Shown here: in pieces, positions 47,708 through 58,655 of the stretch | Layout of the letters: every line of letters starts with the position of its first letter | Numbering within the stretch: position 1 is the stretch's first letter | NCBI GenBank assembly: GCA_958352145.1 | Contig: CATWNM010000001.1 | Location: 69,524 to 133,523, forward strand | Length of the DNA: 64,000 nt | Direction of reading: 5' to 3' | From: an uncultured Eubacteriales bacterium | Lineage (GTDB): Bacteria > Bacillota > Clostridia > Oscillospirales > CAG-272 | Made by a program: the position numbers and the translations under genes | The notes under the pieces: generated by a model | Told to the model about the DNA's origin: nothing | Database searches by the model: none | The model's input: the letters and a program-made list of their open reading frames with translations, nothing else

Positions 47708-47728
47708 AACGGCGGATCGCATACGCCG
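47708..47728 (-). terminator. Terminator downstream of mazF
   Basis: Minus strand ACGGCG-9 nt-CGCCGT followed by TTTTTATTTTT. A second hairpin AAGCGCCGC/GCGGCGCTT lies at 47749-47770. Confidence 0.5.
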
Positions 47729-47930
47729 TCAAGACTGCTGAAAAACTTTAAGCGCCGCAAACGCGGCGCTTGCCAAGCGAAAAGACACATAAGGAGCAGC
47801 GCAGCGAAGTGACCACAAAAAGTTAGACAAGCATGATATACTTGTACTAAGAAATGGGGCAGTTCACATGTCCGCTCCTTATGCAAAGTCTTATTTTACC
47901 CTCTGTTCCGTACAAAATCCCTGCGCGGCA

Positions 47931-48293
47931 TCAGCCGGTCGCACCCGTTCCGCCAAGGCCAAAGCTAATCGAAATCGCATTGTTCACTTGATTCATCACC
48001 TCGTCGTCCAGATGACCCATTTTTTCCTTCAGACGCCGTTTATCAATTGTACGTATCTGTTCCAGCAAGACGACCGAATCTTTTTGTAGTCCGACCTTGT
48101 CCGCATATATGTCGATATGTGTAGGCAAATGATTTTTGCTCATCTTGCTTGTAATCGCCGCGGCGATAACCGTCGGACTGTACTTATTCCCTACGTCGTT
48201 CTGCACGGTCAGGACAGGACGCAGGCCGCCTTGCTCGGAACCGACGACCGGGCTTAGATCAGCGTAAAAAATATCTCCGCGCCGCACACTCAT
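47931..48293 (-). CDS. mazF: MazF/PemK-family endoribonuclease toxin (EndoA-like)
   Basis: 120 aa. [41 protein letters not shown] and [18 protein letters not shown]. Confidence 0.88.
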   Translation of the reverse strand: MSVRRGDIFYADLSPVVGSEQGGLRPVLTVQNDVGNKYSPTVIAAAITSKMSKNHLPTHIDIYADKVGLQKDSVVLLEQIRTIDKRRLKEKMGHLDDEVMNQVNNAISISFGLGGTGATG

Positions 48294-48478
48294 TTTATCA
48301 CTCTCCGCAATTTCATTTCGGTATCACTATTTTTCCCAGCATCACGCAAACTTTAAACACTGCGGATAAATTTTTAGCAGGTAAATTATGACACGCTTTG
48401 ATACTTTTCTATTTTCATTGTATTGCAGCAGCGCATTTTTGGTGCGTGCCCGGCGTCTTTCTTCTCAGAAAGAAAAAA

Positions 48479-48523
48479 CGCCCCGTCTGCCCGGCAATTT
48501 TACAATTACCGGGCAGACGGGGC
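48479..48523 (-). terminator. Terminator of pyrG
   Basis: 15/16-bp GC-rich stem (GCCCCGTCTGCCCGG / CCGGGCAGACGGGGC) followed on the minus strand by TTTTTT. Confidence 0.8.
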
Positions 48524-48553
48524 AGAATACAAAAATTTACCGGTCTGCGACTA

Positions 48554-50197
<1,644 letters not shown>

Positions 50198-50208
50198 TTA
50201 ACTAAAAT

Positions 50209-50237
50209 ATTATACCCCAGTTTCTCACAAAAAGCAA
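50209..50237 (-). promoter_or_regulatory. Candidate pyrG promoter
   Basis: Minus strand TTGCTT-17-TATAAT. Confidence 0.45.
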
Positions 50238-50369
50238 GAGTTTTATCCATATGGCCGGGATATTTTATCTTTCTCTTGACAAAGACCGCCTGCGTCGTTT
50301 TTTCCTGCCGTTCGTTTTCCTTTTCCCGCGCCCGCTCCGCTTGAATAAAGCTGCGGCGCGGGAAAAATT

Positions 50370-50406
50370 CAGCCTGCCGGAAAACCAAAGGTTTCCCGGC
50401 AGGCTG
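50370..50406 (-). terminator. Terminator of the GOGAT/ANTAR operon
   Basis: Minus strand CAGCCTGCCGGGAAA-loop-TTTCCGGCAGGCTG followed by AATTTTT. Confidence 0.75.
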
Positions 50407-50411
50407 CGCGT

Positions 50412-50984
50412 TTACTGTTCATATGTACGCAGAATATTTTCCGCAATCTGCCGCTTCGTCATGCGCAGATCCATCGCCTGTTTTTCAATATGCCGGTGCG
50501 CGGCCGCTTCGCTGAGGCCAAGATACTGAATCAGCGTACATTTGGCGCGGGCAACCAGCTTTTGCTCGGTAAGCTGCTCGCGCAGGCCGCTGTTTTCATT
50601 TAAAATATTGTACGCGCGGTTGCGCATCACCGAAATAACCCGCACCGTGCCAAGAAAACCCGCGCGCGTGACCGGTTTATCCAAAACCGCTATGCCCTGC
50701 TCCTCAAGATGCGCAATATACTCCGCCGAATGTTCCTCGCGGCGAAGAATCACAAGGATTGCGCTGTCTCCGACAGCTATAATTTTTCTGGCTAATTCAC
50801 GCTCAGGAATATCGGAAACCGGCGTATTGATAACCGCCAGATCCAAGGCGTAATTGCGCGCGTAAGTCATCGCGTCCGAAGCGTTTTTCGCCGAAAACGC
50901 GGACAATCCGAAATATTCCTTGAATAAATTATGGAGCAATTTTGCGGCATCTTCACTCTGTGATACGATCAAAACCCGGTTCAT
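50412..50984 (-). CDS. ANTAR-domain RNA-binding antiterminator with N-terminal receiver-like domain
   Basis: 190 aa. C-terminal ANTAR pattern LVARAKCTLIQYLGLSEAAAHRHIEKQAMDLRMTKRQIAENIL. Confidence 0.85.
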   Translation of the reverse strand: MNRVLIVSQSEDAAKLLHNLFKEYFGLSAFSAKNASDAMTYARNYALDLAVINTPVSDIPERELARKIIAVGDSAILVILRREEHSAEYIAHLEEQGIAVLDKPVTRAGFLGTVRVISVMRNRAYNILNENSGLREQLTEQKLVARAKCTLIQYLGLSEAAAHRHIEKQAMDLRMTKRQIAENILRTYEQ

Positions 50985-51003
50985 TGGCCCCTCCGCTCAG
51001 CAT

Positions 51004-51753
51004 TTAATTGTTTACATACAGTCTCTTATACGGATTTTTGCTGTCCGGCTCAATAACATGAAATTTTTCACGCAGGATCTCTGCTTTGTCTTTTCCAAAA
51101 TAGGCGCAGAATTTGTCTATGTACGGCAAAATCTCCTCCATGTCCGCATCCTCCGCATCCCGGACGGTCACGCGCGCCGTCATGATCGAATCCAGCTTGC
51201 CCCGGACAAAGATTTTACCGCCGTGCATACCGGTCGCGCAGAAATTGCCGACCACGCTGCCGACGCCGTATTCACTCCGCTCGCGGCCGCTCTCGTCCCC
51301 TGAAAGGCCGAGTACGACAATATATCCGCCCGCCAGATATTCTCCAAGAAAGCTGCCGGCACAGCCTCCAACGATCAACGCGGGAAGATTGTTTTTGTAT
51401 TGCTTCATGTGAATGCCCGCGCGATACCCCACGCTGTCACGCACATACAGTTCGCCGCCGCGCGCCGCGAGCGCAAGCCCATCGCCCGCACCGCCGTGCA
51501 CAATGATTTCTCCGCGGTTCATGGTATCTCCCACTGCGTCCTGCACATTGCCATTCACGATAATTTTCGCGCCGTCCAGATACGCGCCGAGCGCGTTTCC
51601 AGGCGTCCCGTTGATTGTGATCTCTTTGCCTTCAAGCCCATCGCCGACATAGCGCTGCCCCATACAATCGTTGACCACGATCTTGGTATCGGCGCTGTTT
51701 TTGATCGCCGCGTTCAGCGCCTGAAAGTGCATGTTTTTCGCATCAATGACCAT
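51004..51753 (-). CDS. Glutamate synthase GXGXG-domain protein (GltB C-terminal domain-like)
   Basis: 249 aa of repeated G.G..G beta-helix (INGTPGNALGAYLDGAKIIVNGNVQDAVGDTMNRGEIIVHG). Confidence 0.8.
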   Translation of the reverse strand: MVIDAKNMHFQALNAAIKNSADTKIVVNDCMGQRYVGDGLEGKEITINGTPGNALGAYLDGAKIIVNGNVQDAVGDTMNRGEIIVHGGAGDGLALAARGGELYVRDSVGYRAGIHMKQYKNNLPALIVGGCAGSFLGEYLAGGYIVVLGLSGDESGRERSEYGVGSVVGNFCATGMHGGKIFVRGKLDSIMTARVTVRDAEDADMEEILPYIDKFCAYFGKDKAEILREKFHVIEPDSKNPYKRLYVNN

Positions 51754-53006
51754 TATTTCGCACCCCCGAGCTTTATTTTCCTATCCGAAAGAGAAAACGC
51801 CATCAACTGCGGCTTTTCCCGGATCAATTCAAAATCAATGCTGTCCAGCGGCGTTTTATTGCGGATCAGCGCCGTATAAATACCGGCACGCTCAATATCA
51901 CCGATGAGAATAAAGCCACACAGACAGCCATCTCTCGTAACGAGTTTCTTGTAACTCTTTTCCCCCGATACAGTATATGCGTCCCCTTCGTAACTGCCCG
52001 CACTGAGCACATGCAGGCCGAAAAATCCAATAGCGTTCATCGGCATCGCGTTTTCATACTGTTTGTTGCCGCCCGCCATATTCACACCCGCCGCATATCC
52101 CTGCATATACGCGTTCGGCAGCAGCGCCAGTACGCGCTCGGTACCGGTTGTGCAGTCGAAGCTGGTCGCGCAGTCTCCGGCCGCATAAATGCCGGGCACG
52201 CTCGTTTGGCAGGCAGAATCTGTCACGATCCCGCGGTTCATCCTGCATCCGGCCTCTTCAGCAAGCGCCGTGTTCGGCCGGACGCCGACGCAGATCACCA
52301 ATGTGTCAAACGCAAGCTCTTTGCCGCTTTTCAGAACCGCACGACCGCCTGAAAAACGCGCAACGCTGTCCGAAAGGACAAAGCGCACGCCCTTTTTCTC
52401 CAGAAAGTCCTGCATGATCCGCGCACCCTCTGCATCCAGAATGCTTGGCAGAATCCGATCCGCCATATCTACCACCGTTACACTCCCCACGCGCTCGAGA
52501 ATGCCCTCCGCGCATTTCAGTCCGATCAGCCCCGCACCGATAATCAATACGCGGCTGTCCGAACGAAGCGACGCCATTAGGCCGTGCGCGTCGTCCAGCG
52601 ACATAAACGTATGTTTGTCCAAAACGCTTTCGATCCCCGTAAAGTCGGGAACAAACGGACGCGACCCCGCGGCGATCAAAAGCTTTTCATAGCCGAGCGT
52701 TCGACCGTCCGACAAAAGAAGCGTCTTTTCCTTAGTCTCTATACGCACGGCGCGAACGCCCATATACAGCGTGCAGTCGTTTTTCTCATAAAAATCATCC
52801 GGGCGATATTTCATCCGCTCTTCGTCCGTGCGCCCCATACAAAGATAAGAAATCAGCGGGCGGGAATAAGTATGATGCGGCTCTTCGGAAACAATGGCGA
52901 TCGGTTCCGTCCCGCCGGCCGAGCGGATACCCTCCACGCAGCCAATTGCCGCCGTGCTGTTTCCGATGATTAAATATTGAAAACGTTTTTCTTCCATCCC
53001 GCTCAC
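51753..53006 (-). CDS. FAD/NAD(P)-dependent pyridine-nucleotide oxidoreductase
   Basis: 417 aa. YLIIGNSTAAIG and VLIIGAGLIGLKCAE dinucleotide folds, YAAGDCA. Confidence 0.82.
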   Translation of the reverse strand: MSGMEEKRFQYLIIGNSTAAIGCVEGIRSAGGTEPIAIVSEEPHHTYSRPLISYLCMGRTDEERMKYRPDDFYEKNDCTLYMGVRAVRIETKEKTLLLSDGRTLGYEKLLIAAGSRPFVPDFTGIESVLDKHTFMSLDDAHGLMASLRSDSRVLIIGAGLIGLKCAEGILERVGSVTVVDMADRILPSILDAEGARIMQDFLEKKGVRFVLSDSVARFSGGRAVLKSGKELAFDTLVICVGVRPNTALAEEAGCRMNRGIVTDSACQTSVPGIYAAGDCATSFDCTTGTERVLALLPNAYMQGYAAGVNMAGGNKQYENAMPMNAIGFFGLHVLSAGSYEGDAYTVSGEKSYKKLVTRDGCLCGFILIGDIERAGIYTALIRNKTPLDSIDFELIREKPQLMAFSLSDRKIKLGGAK

Positions 53007-53428
53007 CTCTCCTCATATACGATCGCCCGGTTCGGACATCCGCGTACGCAGGCCGGCTCTCCGCCGTGCGCAGTACAAAGCTCGCACTTCTGCACCGCAT
53101 GGCCGTCTTCGCTCGGCATAATTGCGCCATAGGGACATACCAGCACGCATGTAAAACAGCCCACGCATTTATCCGTATCCACAGCAATCAACCCATCTTT
53201 TTGGGAAAGCGCGCCCGAAATACAGGATTTGACGCAGATCGGATCGTCGCAGTGACGGCAGGAAACCGCAAAATGAACGCCGTTTCCATCCTCCACCCGG
53301 ATACGCGGGTGAATCTGCATACCTTTCAGTTTGGCCATATTATCTTTACCGGAAGCCGCAAAAGCGCAGTTGTATTCACACAGATGACATCCGAGGCACC
53401 ATTCTTCATTTACGTAAACCCGTTTCAT
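53003..53428 (-). CDS. 4Fe-4S dicluster ferredoxin-domain protein
   Basis: Start at GGGGGAG-N8-ATG (MKRVYVNEEWCLGCHLCEYNC). Several CxxCxxCxxxC(P) motifs. Confidence 0.8.
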   Translation of the reverse strand: MKRVYVNEEWCLGCHLCEYNCAFAASGKDNMAKLKGMQIHPRIRVEDGNGVHFAVSCRHCDDPICVKSCISGALSQKDGLIAVDTDKCVGCFTCVLVCPYGAIMPSEDGHAVQKCELCTAHGGEPACVRGCPNRAIVYEER

Positions 53429-53432
53429 TTCT

Positions 53433-54938
53433 TCACTCCCCCGCATGCATAATTCCAAGAATACCGAGTTCCTTTTCGGTAAGCCCCACGCCGCGCAGCA
53501 TCAGGCGATTCCCGCGGAGCGTTTCGATCGAGTTGATCCCCATACCGCCCATCATCTCTTTGATTTCGTGCGTCCATGCCTGAACCAAATGAATCAATCG
53601 CTGGCTGCCGATATCCGGATTCAGGCGCTTCACAAGATCCGGGCGCTGCGTCGCGATACCCCAGTTGCATTTTCCGCTGTGGCAGCTGCGGCAAAGATGA
53701 CAACCGAGCGCCAGCAGCGCCGCCGTTCCGATATAAACCGCGTCCGCGCCGAGCGCAATGGCTTTGACCACATCTGCGCTGCTGCGGATGCTGCCGCCGA
53801 CCACAAGTGAAACGCTCCCGCGGATTCCCTCTTCCCGCAGGCGCGTATCGACGGCGGCAAGCGCAAGCTCGATCGGGATGCCTACGTTGTCCCGGATGCG
53901 GGTGGGCGCGGCGCCCGTGCCGCCCCGGAAGCCGTCGATGGCGATAATATCCGCGCCGCTGCGCGCGATGCCGCTGGCGATGGCGGCCACGTTATGCACA
54001 GCCGCGATCTTAACAATAATCGGCTTTTTATAACCGGTCGCTTCCTTCAGGGAATATACAAGCTGGCGCAGATCCTCGATCGAATAAATATCATGATGCG
54101 GCGCGGGCGAAATCGCGTCGCTCCCCTCGGGGATCATGCGCGTGCGCGCGACGTCCCCCACGATCTTAGCGCCCGGCAGATGTCCGCCGATGCCAGGCTT
54201 TGCCCCCTGCCCCATCTTGATCTCAATGGCCGCGCCCGCGCCAAGGTAATCCTTATGGACGCCAAAACGCCCCGACGCTACCTGTACGATTGTATTCGGG
54301 CCATACGCATAAAAATCCTCATGCAGTCCGCCCTCTCCCGTATTATAGCAGATACCGAGTTCCTTGGCGGCACGAGCAAGACTTGCGTGCGCATTGTATG
54401 AAATCGAACCGTAGGACATCGCCGAAAACATAATCGGCGTTTCAAGCTTGATCTGCGGTGCAAGATCGCATTGGATCTCGCCGTTTTCATCCCGGGTGAT
54501 GCCGCGCGGCTTGGCGCCGAGGAAAACCTTGGTTTCCATCGGCTCGCGCAGCGGGTCGATGGAGGGGTTGGTGACCTGAGACGCATTGATCAGAATCTTA
54601 TCCCAATAAATCGGATAATTTTTGGGGTTGCCCATAGAGGAAAGCAAAACGCCGCCGCTGGACGCCTGCCGGTACACTTCCTGAATATTCTGCATCTGCC
54701 AGTTTGCATTCTCACGAAACGAATGGTCGCTCTTGACGATTTTGAGCGCGCGCGTCGGGCACAACGACACACAGCGATGGCAGTTTACGCACTTTGACTC
54801 GTCCGCAACCATCGCGCCAAGCTCGGGATCAAAGCGATGAACTTCGTTTGCGCACTGTCGCTCGCAGACGCGGCAGCCGATGCACCGCTGCGGATTCCGA
54901 ACGACTTCAAATTCCGGATATATGTATTCGATCGACAT
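53433..54938 (-). CDS. Glutamate synthase FMN-binding (GltB domain 2-like) protein with N-terminal 4Fe-4S motifs
   Basis: 501 aa. CIGCRVCERQC and CVNCHRCVSLCP, then the GltS FMN region GEGGLHED... GAKPGIGGHLPG... IDGFRGGTGAAP. Confidence 0.85.
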   Translation of the reverse strand: MSIEYIYPEFEVVRNPQRCIGCRVCERQCANEVHRFDPELGAMVADESKCVNCHRCVSLCPTRALKIVKSDHSFRENANWQMQNIQEVYRQASSGGVLLSSMGNPKNYPIYWDKILINASQVTNPSIDPLREPMETKVFLGAKPRGITRDENGEIQCDLAPQIKLETPIMFSAMSYGSISYNAHASLARAAKELGICYNTGEGGLHEDFYAYGPNTIVQVASGRFGVHKDYLGAGAAIEIKMGQGAKPGIGGHLPGAKIVGDVARTRMIPEGSDAISPAPHHDIYSIEDLRQLVYSLKEATGYKKPIIVKIAAVHNVAAIASGIARSGADIIAIDGFRGGTGAAPTRIRDNVGIPIELALAAVDTRLREEGIRGSVSLVVGGSIRSSADVVKAIALGADAVYIGTAALLALGCHLCRSCHSGKCNWGIATQRPDLVKRLNPDIGSQRLIHLVQAWTHEIKEMMGGMGINSIETLRGNRLMLRGVGLTEKELGILGIMHAGE

Positions 54939-56032
54939 TATTTTTTACCTCCGTCCAGGGTAAAAATGACCGGCTCTCCGCCGCGCGGCGCCCAGATTCT
55001 GTCCAGCTTCGGCGCAATCTCGCGGATTGCGGATTCCTCGCTGGCGACGTACACCATATCCTCCCGCTCGCCGATCACCATCGAGCGGAGCTTGAGCCGG
55101 TCGTTCAGCGCCATCATACCGCCGGCAAAGCCGACGATAATCGAAAAGGGACCGGTAATCAAAAGGCTGGAATACACGCTGCGCAGATAGGTGAGCCTCC
55201 GGCGCCGCTTCTCGTCCTTTATCGCGTCGATGGTATTCCAGAACGGCGCCGCAATCACCTCCGAAGCTTCTTTCATGGTCAGCCCCTCGATGCGGGTGAG
55301 ATAATCCAGAATATAAGTGATAACCTCGGTATCGGTCTGAAGCGTACACTGATAACCATACATTTCTATAAAACGGCGGTTGGCGTCATAACTGGAAATT
55401 TCGCCGTTATGCACGACCGAAATATCCAGCAGTGCAAACGGATGCGCGCCGCCCCACCAGCCGGGCGTATTCGTCGGATAGCGGCCGTGCGCCGTCCACA
55501 TATACCCGCTGTATTCTTCGAGCTTGTAAAAGTCCGCCACATCTTCCGGGAAGCCCACTGCTTTGAACACGCCCATATTTTTCCCGCTAGAAAAAACATA
55601 AGCGCCCGCAATCGAAACATTGATACGGAATACGCACTTAGAAACGAATTCGTCCTCAGAAAGCTGGCTTTCAGTCAGCTTTGTAGGCAGGGGGTGCACA
55701 AAATACCGCCAGATCAGCGGCGCGTCCGTAATGTTTTTATTCTGACGGATCGGAATCTTAGACAGATTGACTACGTCGAAGTGCGCGTCGATAAACCGTT
55801 CACATTCTTCGCGAACCTGCATATTCTCATAAAAGATATGCAAAGCGTATTCATCTTTATATTCAGGATAAATACCATAACCCGCAAATCCGCCGCCAAG
55901 TCCGTTTGAACGGTCGTGCATCACCGCGATTGACTTTGCCACGATGTCTCCGCTCATCCGTTTTCCGCTGCGGGACAACAGCGCAGACACCGCGCATCCC
56001 GAGGGGATTCTCACTTCTCCTTCTCTACGCAT
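54938..56032 (-). CDS. Class II glutamine amidotransferase (GltB domain 1-like)
   Basis: 364 aa. Ntn-type layout (...IPSGCAVSALLS..., HGRYPTNTPGWWGGAHPF, VHNGEISSY). Confidence 0.78.
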   Translation of the reverse strand: MRREGEVRIPSGCAVSALLSRSGKRMSGDIVAKSIAVMHDRSNGLGGGFAGYGIYPEYKDEYALHIFYENMQVREECERFIDAHFDVVNLSKIPIRQNKNITDAPLIWRYFVHPLPTKLTESQLSEDEFVSKCVFRINVSIAGAYVFSSGKNMGVFKAVGFPEDVADFYKLEEYSGYMWTAHGRYPTNTPGWWGGAHPFALLDISVVHNGEISSYDANRRFIEMYGYQCTLQTDTEVITYILDYLTRIEGLTMKEASEVIAAPFWNTIDAIKDEKRRRRLTYLRSVYSSLLITGPFSIIVGFAGGMMALNDRLKLRSMVIGEREDMVYVASEESAIREIAPKLDRIWAPRGGEPVIFTLDGGKK

Positions 56033-56085
56033 AAGGGCTCCTCAACTTTCTTCCTCATAATTTATAAATGCAAAAGTACGCAAAA

Positions 56086-56105
56086 AGGCGCCGTCATAGG
56101 CGCCT
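56086..56105 (-). terminator. Leader terminator/attenuator inside the GOGAT operon 5' UTR
   Basis: Minus strand AGGCGCC-tatgac-GGCGCCT followed by TTTTTG. It lies between the promoter (56165-56193) and the start codon (56032). Confidence 0.55.
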
Positions 56106-56164
56106 CGTCTCCAAAGCATGGGGAGCAGCGCCCCTCTGCCAACCATCATCAGCATCGTGTATTT

Positions 56165-56193
56165 ATTGTAATGCATCTGCAAGGATTTGTCAA
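56165..56193 (-). promoter_or_regulatory. Promoter of the GOGAT/ANTAR operon
   Basis: Minus strand TTGACA-17-TACAAT. Confidence 0.55.
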
Positions 56194-56208
56194 GGCAATT
56201 TTGACGAA

Positions 56209-56241
56209 AAATGAAATTTTTAATGTTCAAAAATTTCATTT
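56209..56241. promoter_or_regulatory. 13-bp perfect inverted repeat in the divergent nitrogen-gene control region (candidate operator)
   Basis: AAATGAAATTTTT-aatgttc-AAAAATTTCATTT. Confidence 0.4.
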
Positions 56242-56347
56242 AACAAAAAATATTTCACTTTTATTTGAATTTATGGACATGTTTTGAATTTTTTGTATTG
56301 CATAAATTGCAACTTAAAAATTTTTGTGGTTTTTTTTGACAAACCCC

Positions 56348-56376
56348 TTGACAAGCGGATTTGACTCTGCTATAAT
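56348..56376 (+). promoter_or_regulatory. Promoter of glnN
   Basis: TTGACA (56348-56353), 17-nt spacer, TATAAT (56371-56376) with TGc extended -10. Confidence 0.6.
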
Positions 56377-56384
56377 CACACCAT

Positions 56385-56427
56385 CAGCAAAGGCGCTGCG
56401 CGGTTTTAAGCCGTAGCAGCGCCTTTT
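56385..56427 (+). promoter_or_regulatory. glnN leader: AAAGGC-hexaloop hairpin overlapping a terminator-like stem (candidate ANTAR target/attenuator)
   Basis: CAGC-AAAGGC-GCTG (56385-56398) shares its 3' part with the long stem AAAGGCGCTGC...GCAGCGCCTTT (56389-56426), which is followed by TTTTG. Confidence 0.45.
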
Positions 56428-56474
56428 GCATGTCCCGGGAGTATGATTAAATTTAAGTATTGGAGGACGATATC

Positions 56475-58571
56475 ATGGCAAGCACCAACCGAATCCCCGA
56501 ATTATTCGGTTCTCTAACATTTGGCGACAAGGTGATGAAAGCCAAACTGCCAAAGGATGTCTACAAATCGCTCCGCAAAACCATCGACGAGGGAGCGCCG
56601 CTCGAAATCGACGTGGCGAACGTCGTAGCAAATGCAATGAAAGAATGGGCGCTCGAAAACGGCGCGACCCATTTTACCCATTGGTTCCAGCCGATGACCG
56701 GCATCACCGCCGAAAAGCACGACAGCTTTATTGAGCCGACGGCCGACGGCGTCGTCATGGAGCTAAGCGGAAAAAATCTAATTAAAGGCGAACCGGATGC
56801 CTCTTCTTTCCCCTCCGGCGGCCTGCGTGCCACCTTTGAAGCCAGAGGTTACACCGCATGGGATCCGACTTCGTATGCGTTTATCAAAGAGAAAACGCTC
56901 TGTATTCCCACCGCATTCTGCTCATACGGCGGGCAGGTGCTGGACAAAAAAGCGCCGCTGCTCCGCTCTATGGAAGCCATCAATACCCAGGCGCTGCGCG
57001 TTCTGAGACTATTTGGCAATACCGACGTCAAAAGCGTAAACACGACGGTCGGGCCCGAACAGGAATATTTCCTCGTGGATAAAGAAATGTACGACGCAAG
57101 AGAAGATCTCCGCCTGTGCGGCCGTACCTTGTTCGGCGCAAAATCTCCGCGCGGACAGGAACTGGAAGATCACTATTTCGGTGCGATCAAGCCCAGAGTC
57201 AAAGCGTTTATGGAAGAACTGAACGAAGAACTCTGGAAGCTCGGCATTCTCGCCAAAACGCAGCACAACGAAGTCGCCCCCGCGCAGCATGAACTCGCGC
57301 CGATCTTTACGACGACCAATGTTGCAAACGATCATAACCAGCTGACCATGGAAATCATGAAAAAAGTGGCGACAAAGCACGGTTTGGTTTGTCTTCTGCA
57401 CGAGAAGCCGTTTGCAGGCGTAAACGGCAGCGGCAAACATAACAACTTCTCCATCTCGACCAATACCGGCAAGAACCTGCTTTCTCCCGGCGATTCTCCC
57501 GCAGACAACGCGCAGTTTTTGATTTTCCTTTCCGCGGTTATTAAGGCCGTAGATGAATATGCTGATCTGCTCCGCATCTCCGTTGCTTCGGCAGGCAACG
57601 ATCACCGGCTGGGCGCCAACGAAGCGCCGCCCGCCATCGTTTCCGTATTCCTCGGCTCGGAACTTACTGAGATTCTGGACTGCATTGAAGCGGAGAAGCC
57701 TTATGAAGGCAAAGGCGGGCAGCTGATGAAAATCGGAGCGAGTGTGCTTCCTGATTTTCCCAAAGACAACACCGACCGCAACCGCACCTCGCCGTTCGCC
57801 TTTACCGGCAACAAATTTGAATTCCGCATGCTGGGTTCCTCGCTCAATATCGCCGGTCCAAACATCGTGCTGAACACCATTGTCGCCGAAGCGCTGAAGC
57901 AAATTGCGGACATCCTGGAATCCGCCGACGATTTTGATACTGAGGTACATAACATCGTCAAACGGGTATATGGAAATCACAAAAAAGTCATCTTCAACGG
58001 CGACGGCTATTCCGCCGAATGGCCGGTCGAAGCGGCAAAACGCGGTCTGCCCAATTACAAGACGCTGCCTGATGCGGTGCCGCACTTCAAAGACGAAAAA
58101 AATATCAAGCTTTTCACCGACCATAAAATCTTCACGGAAGAGGAAGTCGTATCCCGCACGGAGATCCTGCTGGAGGGGTATATCAAAACCATCTCGATCG
58201 AAGCGCTGACGATGAGTGATATGGTTAAAAAAGAGATTCTCCCGGCGGTACAGGGATATGTTGCGGAATTGACTGCAAACGCGCTGAATAAAAAAGCGCT
58301 CGGCATCTCTGCGATGACCTATGAGACCGAACTGCTTGAAAAGCTCTCCAAATACTCCGACAGCCTGTACAAAGCGACCATGGAACTGGACGGGGCGCTG
58401 AGCAACACGGACGGTGATCTCGATGCGGAAGAACTTGCGCACTACTACTGCGATAAAGTCTTCTCAAAAATGTGCGAGGTTCGGGAATTTGCAGACATGC
58501 TCGAAACCATCACCGCAGACGAATACTGGCCGTTCCCGACGTACGGCGACTTGCTCTTCGGCGTTTGCTAA
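56475..58571 (+). CDS. glnN: Glutamine synthetase type III
   Basis: Start at GGAGG-N8-ATG ([14 protein letters not shown]...). ~700 aa with [24 protein letters not shown] and GSGKHNN motifs typical of GSIII. Confidence 0.9.
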   Translation: MASTNRIPELFGSLTFGDKVMKAKLPKDVYKSLRKTIDEGAPLEIDVANVVANAMKEWALENGATHFTHWFQPMTGITAEKHDSFIEPTADGVVMELSGKNLIKGEPDASSFPSGGLRATFEARGYTAWDPTSYAFIKEKTLCIPTAFCSYGGQVLDKKAPLLRSMEAINTQALRVLRLFGNTDVKSVNTTVGPEQEYFLVDKEMYDAREDLRLCGRTLFGAKSPRGQELEDHYFGAIKPRVKAFMEELNEELWKLGILAKTQHNEVAPAQHELAPIFTTTNVANDHNQLTMEIMKKVATKHGLVCLLHEKPFAGVNGSGKHNNFSISTNTGKNLLSPGDSPADNAQFLIFLSAVIKAVDEYADLLRISVASAGNDHRLGANEAPPAIVSVFLGSELTEILDCIEAEKPYEGKGGQLMKIGASVLPDFPKDNTDRNRTSPFAFTGNKFEFRMLGSSLNIAGPNIVLNTIVAEALKQIADILESADDFDTEVHNIVKRVYGNHKKVIFNGDGYSAEWPVEAAKRGLPNYKTLPDAVPHFKDEKNIKLFTDHKIFTEEEVVSRTEILLEGYIKTISIEALTMSDMVKKEILPAVQGYVAELTANALNKKALGISAMTYETELLEKLSKYSDSLYKATMELDGALSNTDGDLDAEELAHYYCDKVFSKMCEVREFADMLETITADEYWPFPTYGDLLFGVC

Positions 58572-58614
58572 AAATTTCAGGCTTGACTTTTCTATTGAAT
58601 ATTCAAAAATATTT

Positions 58615-58655
58615 GCACAAAGGCGTGCAGATTCTACCCGAATCTGCACGCCTTT
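58615..58655 (+). promoter_or_regulatory. amt leader: AAAGGC-hexaloop hairpin overlapping a 16-bp stem (candidate ANTAR target/attenuator)
   Basis: GCAC-AAAGGC-GTGC (58615-58628) overlaps the perfect stem AAAGGCGTGCAGATTC/GAATCTGCACGCCTTT (58619-58655). The following U-tract is weak (TTTAAAT). Confidence 0.45.

Noticed and set aside
47653-47886. 77-aa minus-strand ORF downstream of mazF, considered as a possible downstream antitoxin.
   Set aside because: It reads straight through two terminator hairpins and a T-run, lacks an SD, and has a hydrophobic/Cys-rich composition unlike known antitoxins.
56385-56427. A canonical dual-hexaloop ANTAR target in the glnN and amt leaders.
   Set aside because: Only one A1/G4 hexaloop hairpin per leader could be found. 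The neighbouring loops are 5 or 7 nt without the A/G pattern. The elements are therefore reported as variant or candidate targets, not as canonical ANTAR substrates.
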